Source of the DNA: a virus
Lineage: Duplodnaviria; Caudoviricetes
IMG/VR virus record: IMGVR_UViG_3300024520_000477
Span: 1 to 24,691 of that record
Direction: 5' to 3' (one strand)
DNA length: 24,691 nt
In this document: piece after piece, positions 16,727 to 24,691 of the stretch
Layout: each line of letters begins with the position of its first letter
Position numbering within the stretch: position 1 is the first letter of the stretch
The notes under the pieces: model-generated
Told to the model about the DNA's origin: nothing
Seen by the model: only the letters and a program-made list of their open reading frames with translations
Database searches by the model: none
Program-made: the position numbers and the translations under genes

Positions 16727-18010
16727 CTACGCGGTGCTGACCACGATGCAGCGAATCGGCTTCTGTGCCGGCGCGGTGCTGCCGAACGTCGACCGACCGT
16801 CGATGCGACCGAACCCAATGAGGGCGGTCACATCCTCATCCGCGAACCGCTCTTCCAGTCTGCGCAAAGCAAACGGGCCAGCGTCACGGACGGTGTAGTG
16901 GCTGAAGTCACCGAAGAAGATCGGCTTGTTTTCGCTCGTGCCGAACGAAGCCAAGTTCTGGTTGATGGTGACTGGGTAGCCGAGCAGGAAGTCGGGGTCA
17001 CCCGCCTGCACGCTCGGTGCCCACAGGAATGCACCGCTGGAACCCTCGCGCAGCTTGCGCACGAGCACCCGCGTTGCGTCGTTGAACATCCAGCGTGCCA
17101 TCATGCGGTACGCAGGGTCAACAGCGTTTTCGAGGTCTAGCAGCTTCGCGACAGTGATAGCCGACGCAGCTACGTTGACCGCACCCGTCGAGTCGTTCAC
17201 GATGCCGTGCGGCCCGCTTGACTCGGTGCTCGAGCGCGTGGCAAAATGCGCCTCGGTAGCCCGCCCGATGCGCACCGACATGGCGTTGCGAACATACGCC
17301 TCGATGTCGATGCCCGAGTCAGCCAGCAACTCGGTCGACAATTTGATCGGGCCGCTCGTGTACTTAGGAGCCTCGAGCGTCACCGAACCGAACGGCACGT
17401 GCGTGCTGTTCGTCGCTGCGGTGGCTTCCGCGATCAGCGAACCGACGTTGCCGGTGTCGTCTGAAGTCGGCACGGTCATGTCGCGCCCGTCGCCCGTCGC
17501 CAGGACGGTAGCCGTGGCACGCATCCCACCATACGCCTTCATCGCCGTCCGCACCCGCGAATCGAACTCCGTTGGGACGGTGATTCCGCCCTTCGCGTTC
17601 GTGCCCACGAGCTGCTGGGCAATCGCACGAGTCTCCTGCAAGAACTCGCGGTTGTCCGCGGACATGTCACGCCAGCCTCGGCGGATGTAGTCGTCCATTG
17701 CGGCGCGGTGCAGTTCGTTGCGCTCTTCGGCGCTGACCTCTTTCTCACCGAACTGGCGGTCTTCCGTCAGCCGGCGTTGCTTCGCGTCCAAGTCGGCCTG
17801 CACACCTTGAAGTGCGGCATCGCGCTCTTCGATTGCGGTGTACTGCGTCTCGAGACGGGCCATGTCAGCCACGGCACCGTCCCAGATGACCTGCTCCTCG
17901 GAGTTCAGCTCTGCGCGGCCTTCTGCATCCGCGGTGTCATGGGCGCGCTTCGCAGCTTCCCATGCCGTCGCGCGTTGCTCTCTCAGCTCGCGGGCTCTAT
18001 TCAGGGACAT
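16727..18010 (-). CDS. Major capsid protein, HK97 fold with N-terminal delta (scaffold) domain
   Basis: N-terminal coiled coil, GGITVPTEF, WMFN, LLGYPVTIN, IFFGDFS, RIDGR; ATG at 18010 after GAAGGTG. Confidence 0.96.
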   Translation of the reverse strand: MSLNRARELREQRATAWEAAKRAHDTADAEGRAELNSEEQVIWDGAVADMARLETQYTAIEERDAALQGVQADLDAKQRRLTEDRQFGEKEVSAEERNELHRAAMDDYIRRGWRDMSADNREFLQETRAIAQQLVGTNAKGGITVPTEFDSRVRTAMKAYGGMRATATVLATGDGRDMTVPTSDDTGNVGSLIAEATAATNSTHVPFGSVTLEAPKYTSGPIKLSTELLADSGIDIEAYVRNAMSVRIGRATEAHFATRSSTESSGPHGIVNDSTGAVNVAASAITVAKLLDLENAVDPAYRMMARWMFNDATRVLVRKLREGSSGAFLWAPSVQAGDPDFLLGYPVTINQNLASFGTSENKPIFFGDFSHYTVRDAGPFALRRLEERFADEDVTALIGFGRIDGRSTFGSTAPAQKPIRCIVVSTA

Positions 18011-18020
18011 TGTTGTCACC

Positions 18021-18112
18021 TTCGTCAGTCGTTGTCGTTTGCGCCTGACGAACGAAAAAGCCCGCCAAAGGGCGCACGGATAAGTCCTCCGCACACAGTC
18101 CTTCGGTGGGCT
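18021..18112 (-). promoter_or_regulatory. Structured capsid leader: long hairpin with U-tract, then a hairpin touching the RBS
   Basis: AGCCCACCGAAGG/CCTTTGGCGGGCT outer stem, GTGTGCGGA/TCCGTGCGC inner stem, T-run, then TTCGTCAG/CTGACGAA. Confidence 0.5.
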
Positions 18113-18216
18113 GCTATTGAGCTAGTCCCGCCTATAGTCTGTCTTCTGGCCTTCCTGCCGTCGTGGTCACGCCATTGGGCTTGTGACCGAAGATGACCGA
18201 AAGTCGCTACAAGAAT

Positions 18217-18234
18217 CTAACGCATATGCGTTAG
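18217..18234. promoter_or_regulatory. Perfect 18-bp palindrome, candidate operator
   Basis: CTAACGCATATGCGTTAG; 15 bp of it recur at 13933-13947. Confidence 0.5.
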
Positions 18235-18237
18235 TGG

Positions 18238-18417
18238 TCAATAATCTGCCAACCGATGAGCGATCTTTGTGCCGCCTTTGGGTCTGGCCGGCTTCGATAT
18301 CCTGCGCAGCATCGGCTTGCCACAGTTCGCGCAGTCCGGCGCGTCATCAATGGCACGAAGCGCGCGCAGTTCGCAGACCAGCGTGCCGCAGCCGCACCCG
18401 TATTCGATTAGCGGCAC
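18238..18417 (-). CDS. FmdB-like zinc-ribbon protein
   Basis: MPLIEYGCGCG...PDCANCGKPMLRRISKP; GTG start after GGAGG, overlapping the neuB stop. Confidence 0.75.
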   Translation of the reverse strand: MPLIEYGCGCGTLVCELRALRAIDDAPDCANCGKPMLRRISKPARPKGGTKIAHRLADY

Positions 18418-19433
18418 AAAGCCTCCGTAATGATGGTGCCCGCTGGCGTGTTCGCGGTGAGCGTCTGCCCGACCAACACGTGCCGGTCGACCCACCTATG
18501 GCCCGTGCCCGGGCTGAGTAGCGTGATGTGCGACTCAGTGAGCACGGTGCCCGCTGGCAAGTCGGCAGACGTGGCACAGGACCGCTCGAGCTTTCGCCTC
18601 GCGTGTTCGCTCGCGGGGTGGCGGTCGATGTGCCCCGAACCCATCGCCAGCTCGGTGTTGCGGATGTCGCGCACCATCCTCCACAGCCCGTCACGCGCGA
18701 GGCTGCCGGCGTGGTCCGTGCCGCGCATCGACCTGTCGAGCGTCACATGCTTCTCGATGACCGTGGCGCCAAGGGCTACGGCAGCGACCGCTGCAACAAT
18801 GCCCTGCGAGTGGTCCGAGTAGCCGACCGGGAAGCCGAAGTGCGAAAGTGTGTCCAGACACCGCAAATCGAGTGCCCTGAAGTGTGCCGGATACGACGAC
18901 ACGCAGTGCAGCAGCGTGATGTCGTCGTGGTAGTCGACCACGGTAGCAATTGCGTCTGTGATATCGGTGACCGACGCCATCCCCGTGCTTAAGATCATGG
19001 GCACACCCGTCTCTGCCAATCGCTCCAGCAGCGGCAGGTTCGTTAGGTCGCGGCTCGCGACCTTCAAGCGATCCGGCGTGAACGTCAGCCAATCGACGCA
19101 CCTTGGCGCGCACAGCGTCTCCACGAAGTCGAGCCCGTGCGCTTTTGCGTACGTGTAGAGCTCCGCGTGTTCGGCAGGCGAAAGCTCGAGCGCAGTGCGG
19201 TGCTCGCCGTACGTCGCGCCAAATGAATGCGGGCTGTCGTACGGCTTCGCCATCATCTCAGGCGTACATTCGTGCGCGAGGTCGCGCATCGTGAACTTGA
19301 CCGCATCCACACCGCGCGTGTCAGCATTCGGGGAGTGGTCCGGCGTTGGGCGCACGCACATGTCTATCAGCGCCTTCGCCATCGTCAGCGAGCCGCCATG
19401 ATTCTGGCCGATCTCAGCCACGATATACGTCAC
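18408..19433 (-). CDS. neuB: Nonulosonate (sialic acid/KDN) synthase, NeuB family, with C-terminal SAF domain
   Basis: IVAEIGQNH, KVAS, ILSTGM, LLHCVSSYP, VGYSDHS, IEKHVTLDRSMRGTDH, PGTG. Confidence 0.95.
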   Translation of the reverse strand: MTYIVAEIGQNHGGSLTMAKALIDMCVRPTPDHSPNADTRGVDAVKFTMRDLAHECTPEMMAKPYDSPHSFGATYGEHRTALELSPAEHAELYTYAKAHGLDFVETLCAPRCVDWLTFTPDRLKVASRDLTNLPLLERLAETGVPMILSTGMASVTDITDAIATVVDYHDDITLLHCVSSYPAHFRALDLRCLDTLSHFGFPVGYSDHSQGIVAAVAAVALGATVIEKHVTLDRSMRGTDHAGSLARDGLWRMVRDIRNTELAMGSGHIDRHPASEHARRKLERSCATSADLPAGTVLTESHITLLSPGTGHRWVDRHVLVGQTLTANTPAGTIITEALCR

Positions 19434-19738
19434 ACCGTCGACTCCACGAAAAAATGCACATCACTCACAGCGCGGTCATCGACGTACACGTCTGCGGCAA
19501 GCTTATGACCCACACGAAGCTGGTGGTACTTGAGCCCCCAGCCGTCTATCTGCTGTCGGGTGCGCAGTGCCCAGAGCTGACCCGTGCCAGAGCCGCGGGC
19601 GGTGTCAATGGTGATGAAGTTGCCGGCCTCGTATAGCCCATTCACCACTGCAATGCGGGCAAGAAACGGCTCGGCCTGCATGTAGTCGCTCGAGTCGGCA
19701 GTACACAGCGTGCCGTCAAGGTCGAACACGTACCTCAC
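19430..19738 (-). CDS. Small capless HAD-superfamily phosphatase
   Basis: FDLDGTL (motif I), TARG (II), K (III), YVDD (IV); GTGA overlaps at both ends. Confidence 0.85.
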   Translation of the reverse strand: MRYVFDLDGTLCTADSSDYMQAEPFLARIAVVNGLYEAGNFITIDTARGSGTGQLWALRTRQQIDGWGLKYHQLRVGHKLAADVYVDDRAVSDVHFFVESTV

Positions 19739-20385
19739 GACGCCGCCGCAAGCAGCCGCGCCACCTTCAAGTCGAAGGGCGTGTCAATGTCCCAGGATCG
19801 TTCCGCAGGCATGTAGTAGCCGCGCGTCCGTGGCCCGAAGTATCCGCCAGCCGTCCTCCATGCCGAGCACCACGCAGCGTAAACCGCACCATTGACCACC
19901 ATGCGCCGAGCCCAATACTGGCGCGGGTGACACCAGTCGGCAGACATGTGCCGGATAACGTTGCCGTCCCACAACTCCACTAGCGTGCTCGGGTACTCAG
20001 CCGGCGCAGTCATGGACACGACCGCAGGGCCGACCATAAGCATATCCAGACAGCCGTCTATGTCCTCTGACGTTCTGAACGGGCACGTCGGGAATAGCCG
20101 CACAATGATGTCGGGCTCGCCCACCTCCGCGAGCACGTGCCGCTCTACGTCCTCCACCGTGTAGCTGCCGTCACCTGTCGCGAGTTCGGGCGGGCGTTGC
20201 ACTACCTCCACATCTGGGTAAGCCATGTCTGCATAGTCGGTCGTGACCACTATGCGCGTCACCGCCGCGCCGCGAGCTGCGTCGATTGCACGCTCGAGCA
20301 GTGTACGCCCACCCACTCGCTGCAAGTTCTTGTCCGCTATCCCTGCGCTACCCGCTCGAGCGGGGATGATTGCTAATGTGTCCAT
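19735..20385 (-). CDS. neuA: Acylneuraminate cytidylyltransferase (CMP-nonulosonate synthetase)
   Basis: AIIPARAGSAGIADKNL, VVTTD, RPPELATG, PTCPFR, NGAVY, SWDIDTPFD. Confidence 0.93.
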   Translation of the reverse strand: MDTLAIIPARAGSAGIADKNLQRVGGRTLLERAIDAARGAAVTRIVVTTDYADMAYPDVEVVQRPPELATGDGSYTVEDVERHVLAEVGEPDIIVRLFPTCPFRTSEDIDGCLDMLMVGPAVVSMTAPAEYPSTLVELWDGNVIRHMSADWCHPRQYWARRMVVNGAVYAAWCSAWRTAGGYFGPRTRGYYMPAERSWDIDTPFDLKVARLLAAAS

Positions 20386-20403
20386 CTGCCTCCTGCGTGG
20401 TGT

Positions 20404-22419
20404 CTATCCCGCCACAACTGTGCAGTCACAACCTCTGTGCGCGGGCGGGTGGCCTACGTTTCGCTTCGGTTTCAGCGGCGTGTCGGCGCCTTCCGGCTGG
20501 AACTCTTCGCCCTCACTAAGAAACGCGCCGGAACCGCCGACACGTTTCCCGTTCAGCGCGCGGCAATAGGGGCAGGTGTCCCCGAGCGCGCGCCACACAG
20601 CCGCGAACCCCGCCAGCGAGAATACGAGTTTCGCGATACCGTCACCGAGCTGGACGGGCTCAGATGCGGCGTACCGCGCTGCACGCGGCTTCGACTCGCC
20701 AGCACCCTCGTCCCACTCTGCCAACCGGAGGTCAATGGCAGAACCAATGTCATCGGACTCGCGCACGATCTGCTGGAGCTGGCCGCGGCTTGACGCCGAG
20801 TATCGGTCACTAAACGACTGATTGTACATCTCGCTGAACTCGCGCACGTCAGGCGCGGCACGGTCGATCTCAGCAGCGGCAGCACTCGCAACCGCGTCAC
20901 CGTACGACACGAACAGCGCGCCGAACTGCGAGCGCACGAACTCGGGATGTTCACCGAAGTAGAAGTCGTCCAGCCACGCAGAGAACTGGCTGGAATCACG
21001 CGCCCACGCCCTGCGCACGTTGCGGATCTCGCCGCGCACCATCCGCGCCGCGGCATCACTGAACAGCGGAGCGAACGACGCACGCAGCCCGATGCGTTGC
21101 GTGTGGCTGCGCTTCTCGGTTCTGTCATCGCGTTGCTCGGGCTTCGCGACCGCCACGCCCTGCTCTGCCAGTATCAGCTCTGCACGCTCGGCCACCGTCA
21201 GGTCATCCACCGCGTCCAGCGGGATCATGTTGACCTGTATGAACGTTCTGTCGCCGCCTGCTATCGGATTGTCGTTCTCCTTCGCGCGAATCTCGTTGGG
21301 CGTGATGCTGCCCGTCTGCATCCGCGTCATGTAGAACGCGCCGCGCTTCTCAACGTCGCCGCGCAGCCGGCCCGCACGCACATACTCGACGTACATGCCA
21401 TCCGCCCGCTCTGCGTCGGTCAGCAGCCTGGTGGTCATCGCTTGCTCGTCACGCACCAGCCACGGGTCCAACGTGTCCTGCATAAAATCAATATTCTGCT
21501 CTTCGATGTTGCTGAAGCTGGCGTCGGACAAATCCCCAATCTTGTGCGGCGCGATACGGAACCAGCGCGCGACCTCGCGCACTTGGAACTCTCTGGTGTC
21601 CAACATCTGCGAGTCTTCGGCTGACAGGCCAATCTGCTGCCACTCCACGCCTTCCTCGAGCACCGCGACACGGTGAGAGTTCGCGTTGCCGCCTTGCGCC
21701 GCGTCCCACTGCGCCTTCAACCGCTTGCCGGCATCCACAGACAGCGACTCGGGATGGCTCAGGATACCTGCGGGGCGTGAGCCGTTGGAAAAGAAGCGGG
21801 AACCGTATTCCTCGGTAGCCAGGCCCAGCGCGAAGCTCTCGCGCGCGTGTTGGAGCACCGACCAGCCTACGATGCCGTCACCACCCATCGCGGGAACATT
21901 CAGCATCCGGTCAGCCGGCACGGACTCCTCCACGTCGCCACCCGTGACGAGGTAGAAGAGCGTCCCGTCCCGGTCACGTCTCGGCTCGACCGCAGTGGGT
22001 GGGATCAACCACAATTCGACCACTCTGCCCCTGCCGTCGCGGATGATCTCAGCGTATTTGTTGCCGCGTAGGAGCTGGTGCCCCGTCCCCGCCTCGCGGT
22101 ACGCAATCGCGGTCATCTCAGGATTCGGCGCGTCGTGCAGCACGCCCCAGAGTGGATGTTGGCGCACCTCGCCAATCACACCGCTGGCGCTTTTCTGGTA
22201 GAGCTTGAGCGGTAGGCTTCCCACCGCTGACGCAATCACGTTAGTCGCGGCCCACACAGCGGACAGGTTCAGCGCCTTCGCCTGGTTGACGCGCACACCC
22301 GCAGCAGTCTGTCCACCACCACCGAACACGTCCAGCCACGTCGTGATGCCGTCCGACAGCGGAATGTTCGGGTTCTCGAGCGCGTTGAAACGCCGCTCCA
22401 TCGTATCGTAAAGTCCCAC
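20404..22419 (-). CDS. HK97-family portal protein fused to a C-terminal MuF/SPP1 gp7-like domain
   Basis: Portal motifs PNPEMT, LLRGNKYA, FFSNGSRPAGIL, VLEEG, SFSNIEEQ, TPNEIRAKEN; then about 250 extra aa ending TCPYCRALNG...PPAHRGCDC. Confidence 0.9.
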   Translation of the reverse strand: MGLYDTMERRFNALENPNIPLSDGITTWLDVFGGGGQTAAGVRVNQAKALNLSAVWAATNVIASAVGSLPLKLYQKSASGVIGEVRQHPLWGVLHDAPNPEMTAIAYREAGTGHQLLRGNKYAEIIRDGRGRVVELWLIPPTAVEPRRDRDGTLFYLVTGGDVEESVPADRMLNVPAMGGDGIVGWSVLQHARESFALGLATEEYGSRFFSNGSRPAGILSHPESLSVDAGKRLKAQWDAAQGGNANSHRVAVLEEGVEWQQIGLSAEDSQMLDTREFQVREVARWFRIAPHKIGDLSDASFSNIEEQNIDFMQDTLDPWLVRDEQAMTTRLLTDAERADGMYVEYVRAGRLRGDVEKRGAFYMTRMQTGSITPNEIRAKENDNPIAGGDRTFIQVNMIPLDAVDDLTVAERAELILAEQGVAVAKPEQRDDRTEKRSHTQRIGLRASFAPLFSDAAARMVRGEIRNVRRAWARDSSQFSAWLDDFYFGEHPEFVRSQFGALFVSYGDAVASAAAAEIDRAAPDVREFSEMYNQSFSDRYSASSRGQLQQIVRESDDIGSAIDLRLAEWDEGAGESKPRAARYAASEPVQLGDGIAKLVFSLAGFAAVWRALGDTCPYCRALNGKRVGGSGAFLSEGEEFQPEGADTPLKPKRNVGHPPAHRGCDCTVVAG

Positions 22420-22421
22420 GA

Positions 22422-22565
22422 TTAAGCCTTTCGGATTCTGAGCCCGAGATAGGCCAAGTAGGCGCCTCCGAGCGCCAGCCCTACCCGCCAGTCGATTGCA
22501 GCCACGCCCACCGCAGCCGCTATGCCGCCCCCGTATATATGCCAGTCGCGCAGATCGAGCTTCAC
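22422..22565 (-). CDS. 47-aa membrane protein between terL and portal
   Basis: Manual translation MKLDLRDWHIYGGGIAAAVGVAAIDWRVGLALGGAYLAYLGLRIRKA; GTGA overlap with the terL stop. Confidence 0.7.
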   Translation of the reverse strand: MKLDLRDWHIYGGGIAAAVGVAAIDWRVGLALGGAYLAYLGLRIRKA

Positions 22566-24226
22566 AGTACCAGCAGCTCCCCGGCTTCGTATTTGCTTTC
22601 GCGCGGCCCCTCGTCAGCGAGCGCCCTGCCCATCGCGATAATCAGTGCGACTGCGGGGTCAATCTTCTTTTCCCGCTGCTCTTTGCGCGGGAACACGTTG
22701 TCGTTGCGGTCCTCTTGCGCGGTCACGTTGCCAATAGCCCACGACAGCACTGGATTGCCGTCGTGGTGAATGCGCCCGTCTTCAATAAGCGCCTGAATCA
22801 TCTTCATCGGCTCCGACAGGTTCTTGGCTGTCATGTGGACCTCGACAGCCTCCAGGCCCGCGTTCATGATGTGCGTGGTGACTTGCGCGGCGTTCCATGG
22901 GTCCGTGCCCACCTGCATGACCCGCACCTGTTCGGCTGAGTCGATGATGTCGGCCTCGACATAATCGTAGTCGGTCAGGTTGCCAGGTGTCGCGAGCAGA
23001 TGCCCCTGGCTCGACCAGCCGTAGTAATGCCGGTTCTCCGCGGGTTTCGTCTGCTCTTCTGGGAGGTAGTAGCGCCCGAAGACGTAGAAGTGCAGCGCAC
23101 CCTCAAGCTCTCGCTTGAACACCCACAGCACAGCCGTGAGGTCGAGCTTCGCCGCGAGGTCCACACCCAGCCAACTCTGCTCGCCCTCGAACTGGTCGAA
23201 CGTCAGGCCCGGGTCGCCTAGCTGGCGCCACTTCTCGAGGTTGAAGTACGGACTGCCGGCGGTCACCCACACGTTCAAGTGTTTCGTCTTGAACGTCGAC
23301 TGTTTGCGCGGATTGTTGATCGCGTCTCGCTGCTGCGAACGCAGATGGTCCTCGAACACCGAGACACCCATGTTCGGGTTCGCCATCACTAACGCCTCTT
23401 CGCTCGTCCAGTCCACGCCCTCGTCTATCGTGTAGATGACTCCGAAGAAGTCGGGATTGTCTACCGTGCCCTCGAGGATGTCGATGAGTTCGCCGCGGAG
23501 CGCGTAACATGGGCCAGCCGTATCGGAACCGGCGGTCGTGATGACCCACGCCATCGGCTGCTCGCGCGAGCCCATGCCCGTCAACATCGTGTCGTACTGC
23601 TCCGACGTTGAGTGCTCGTGATACTCGTCTGTGATGCTGAAGTGGGGTGAAGCTCCGTCGCCTGGCTTGCCGATTAGCGGCTCGAACTTCGCGTTGACTC
23701 CGAGCCGTGAGAGGTTCTTAGCGTTCACGTCGATGCCGTAGTGTGCCACCAGGGGCGCGGTGGATTTCGCCATCAGACGAGCCGGCCCGAACACTTCCCA
23801 CGCCTGCTTTTCTGTCGTCGCACCCGAGTAGATTTCGGCACCGAACTCGCCGTCCTCGGTGAACATATAGTTGCCGAGCGCAGCGGTGCCCGTGCTCTTC
23901 GCATTCTTCCTTGGCACCTCGACGTAGACCCTGCGGAATCGGCGTTTACCGTCTTGCCGCATCCAGCCGAACGGCACCAGATAGGTGAAACACTGCCATT
24001 CCTCGAGCTTCAACCGCTCGCGCCGGTCAGCCCACACACCCTTCACGTGGGGCATCAGCTCCATATAGGCGCCGAGCTTGTTCGCAGCTTTCGCATCCCA
24101 CACGAACACGCCAGCCTCGAGGTCATCGAGATGACGCTGACACGCCAGCCGCACGAGCCGGCACGCGATTGCCCTACCATCGACCACATCCTGGGCGTAG
24201 CGGGTGGCGCGGTCGGCGTACGTCAA
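22562..24226 (-). CDS. terL: Terminase large subunit (Terminase_1 type)
   Basis: Walker A VPRKNAKST, Walker B ITDEYHEH, ITTAG, GVDLA, KIDPAVALIIA. Confidence 0.97.
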   Translation of the reverse strand: MTYADRATRYAQDVVDGRAIACRLVRLACQRHLDDLEAGVFVWDAKAANKLGAYMELMPHVKGVWADRRERLKLEEWQCFTYLVPFGWMRQDGKRRFRRVYVEVPRKNAKSTGTAALGNYMFTEDGEFGAEIYSGATTEKQAWEVFGPARLMAKSTAPLVAHYGIDVNAKNLSRLGVNAKFEPLIGKPGDGASPHFSITDEYHEHSTSEQYDTMLTGMGSREQPMAWVITTAGSDTAGPCYALRGELIDILEGTVDNPDFFGVIYTIDEGVDWTSEEALVMANPNMGVSVFEDHLRSQQRDAINNPRKQSTFKTKHLNVWVTAGSPYFNLEKWRQLGDPGLTFDQFEGEQSWLGVDLAAKLDLTAVLWVFKRELEGALHFYVFGRYYLPEEQTKPAENRHYYGWSSQGHLLATPGNLTDYDYVEADIIDSAEQVRVMQVGTDPWNAAQVTTHIMNAGLEAVEVHMTAKNLSEPMKMIQALIEDGRIHHDGNPVLSWAIGNVTAQEDRNDNVFPRKEQREKKIDPAVALIIAMGRALADEGPRESKYEAGELLVL

Positions 24227-24630
24227 TCCACGACCCCAAGAGCACCGAACGGGTTCGCCTCTGGTGGCTCGCCTGCTGCCGACACACCTCCGCGCCCTGC
24301 GGGAGTCATCCCGAATCGGTCGAGCATCATCCGTAGCTGCGTCACTTCGGCGGCTGTCGGCACCTCACCTCGGTCCCATGTCTGCCGGCTGGCTCCGTGA
24401 TAGTTCGCGAGTAGGCAAAAGGCGTCCAAGTCGGGAGCAGTCATCACACGTTGCGCCTCGAGCTGCGGCATGTTGCGATTCCAGAACTCGACGGCTTCGG
24501 GTGACGCGAGCGGCCAGGGCGGCTTCGCGCCCGTCGTCACCCTGAACTCGGGTTCTGAGCCGTCGCGATCCTTGCGCGATGTGCCCTGCAACACCTTCAG
24601 CGCCTTCGGTTTCCGTGGGTTCGCCATCAC
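24223..24630 (-). CDS. terS: Terminase small subunit (P27-like)
   Basis: PRKPKALKVLQGT...PPWPL...RFGMTPAGR; overlaps the terL start. Confidence 0.88.
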   Translation of the reverse strand: MMANPRKPKALKVLQGTSRKDRDGSEPEFRVTTGAKPPWPLASPEAVEFWNRNMPQLEAQRVMTAPDLDAFCLLANYHGASRQTWDRGEVPTAAEVTQLRMMLDRFGMTPAGRGGVSAAGEPPEANPFGALGVVD

Positions 24631-24691
24631 GCGCCACCCGATTCCCGTGGCGGGGTGCCCAGATCTCCAAGTGACCGCGTAGAAATCTCAT

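Larger units (their letters stand above)
1..24691 (-). mobile_element. HK97-like siphovirus or prophage: packaging, head, tail and lysis modules (no ends, att sites or integrase visible in the window)
   Basis: Co-oriented, tightly coupled run of terminase, portal, HK97-type capsid, connectors, tail tube, tape measure and GH108 endolysin genes; no sheath gene seen. Confidence 0.97.

Noticed and set aside
18011-18094. N-terminal extension of the capsid ORF in the track
   Set aside because: Runs through the hairpin leader; ATG 18010 has an RBS and gives a typical delta-domain start
18408-20385. Cassette as host capsule-locus DNA or a chimeric join
   Set aside because: Same strand, RBS and stop-start overlaps tie it to the flanking phage genes, and no transposase or export genes are present; read mapping is still advisable
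810-24682. Many plus-strand ORFs in the track (e.g. 2361-3161, 7318-8148, 12629-13336, 20947-21624)
   Set aside because: Antisense shadows of well-supported minus-strand genes in GC-rich DNA; no recognisable motifs
24631-24691. Possible cos/packaging site upstream of terS
   Set aside because: Position fits HK97-like phages, but only 61 nt are visible and no specific site can be identified
1-24691. CRISPR array, tRNA/rRNA, diversity-generating retroelement, intron or intein
   Set aside because: No regularly spaced repeats, cloverleaf, reverse transcriptase or interrupted core genes noticed by eye; terminase and capsid are of ordinary length

Overview
The window is the late (morphogenesis and lysis) region of an HK97-like long-tailed phage or prophage, almost entirely on the minus strand. 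Read from right to left it runs: terS, terL, small membrane protein, portal fused to a MuF/gp7-like domain, neuA-like, HAD phosphatase, neuB-like, FmdB-type Zn ribbon, major capsid, small protein, sialyltransferase/Maf-like protein, head-tail connector, head closure, tail terminator, tail tube, tail chaperones with a -1 frameshift, HK97 gp10-like, tape measure, Dit-like, fibre-like, decoration-like, mini ORF, hypothetical, prohead protease, large tail tip protein, lysis cassette, small accessory genes. Two convergent XRE regulators lie on the plus strand at the left end. The main observation is a translationally coupled nonulosonic (sialic) acid pathway (synthase, phosphatase, CMP-transferase) sitting where the prohead protease normally lies, plus a candidate transferase directly after the capsid gene. 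The protease has moved about 10 kb into the tail region. The layout suggests a phage-encoded system that makes CMP-KDN or a related sugar and attaches it to virion proteins. This is inference from motifs read by eye; no searches were run.
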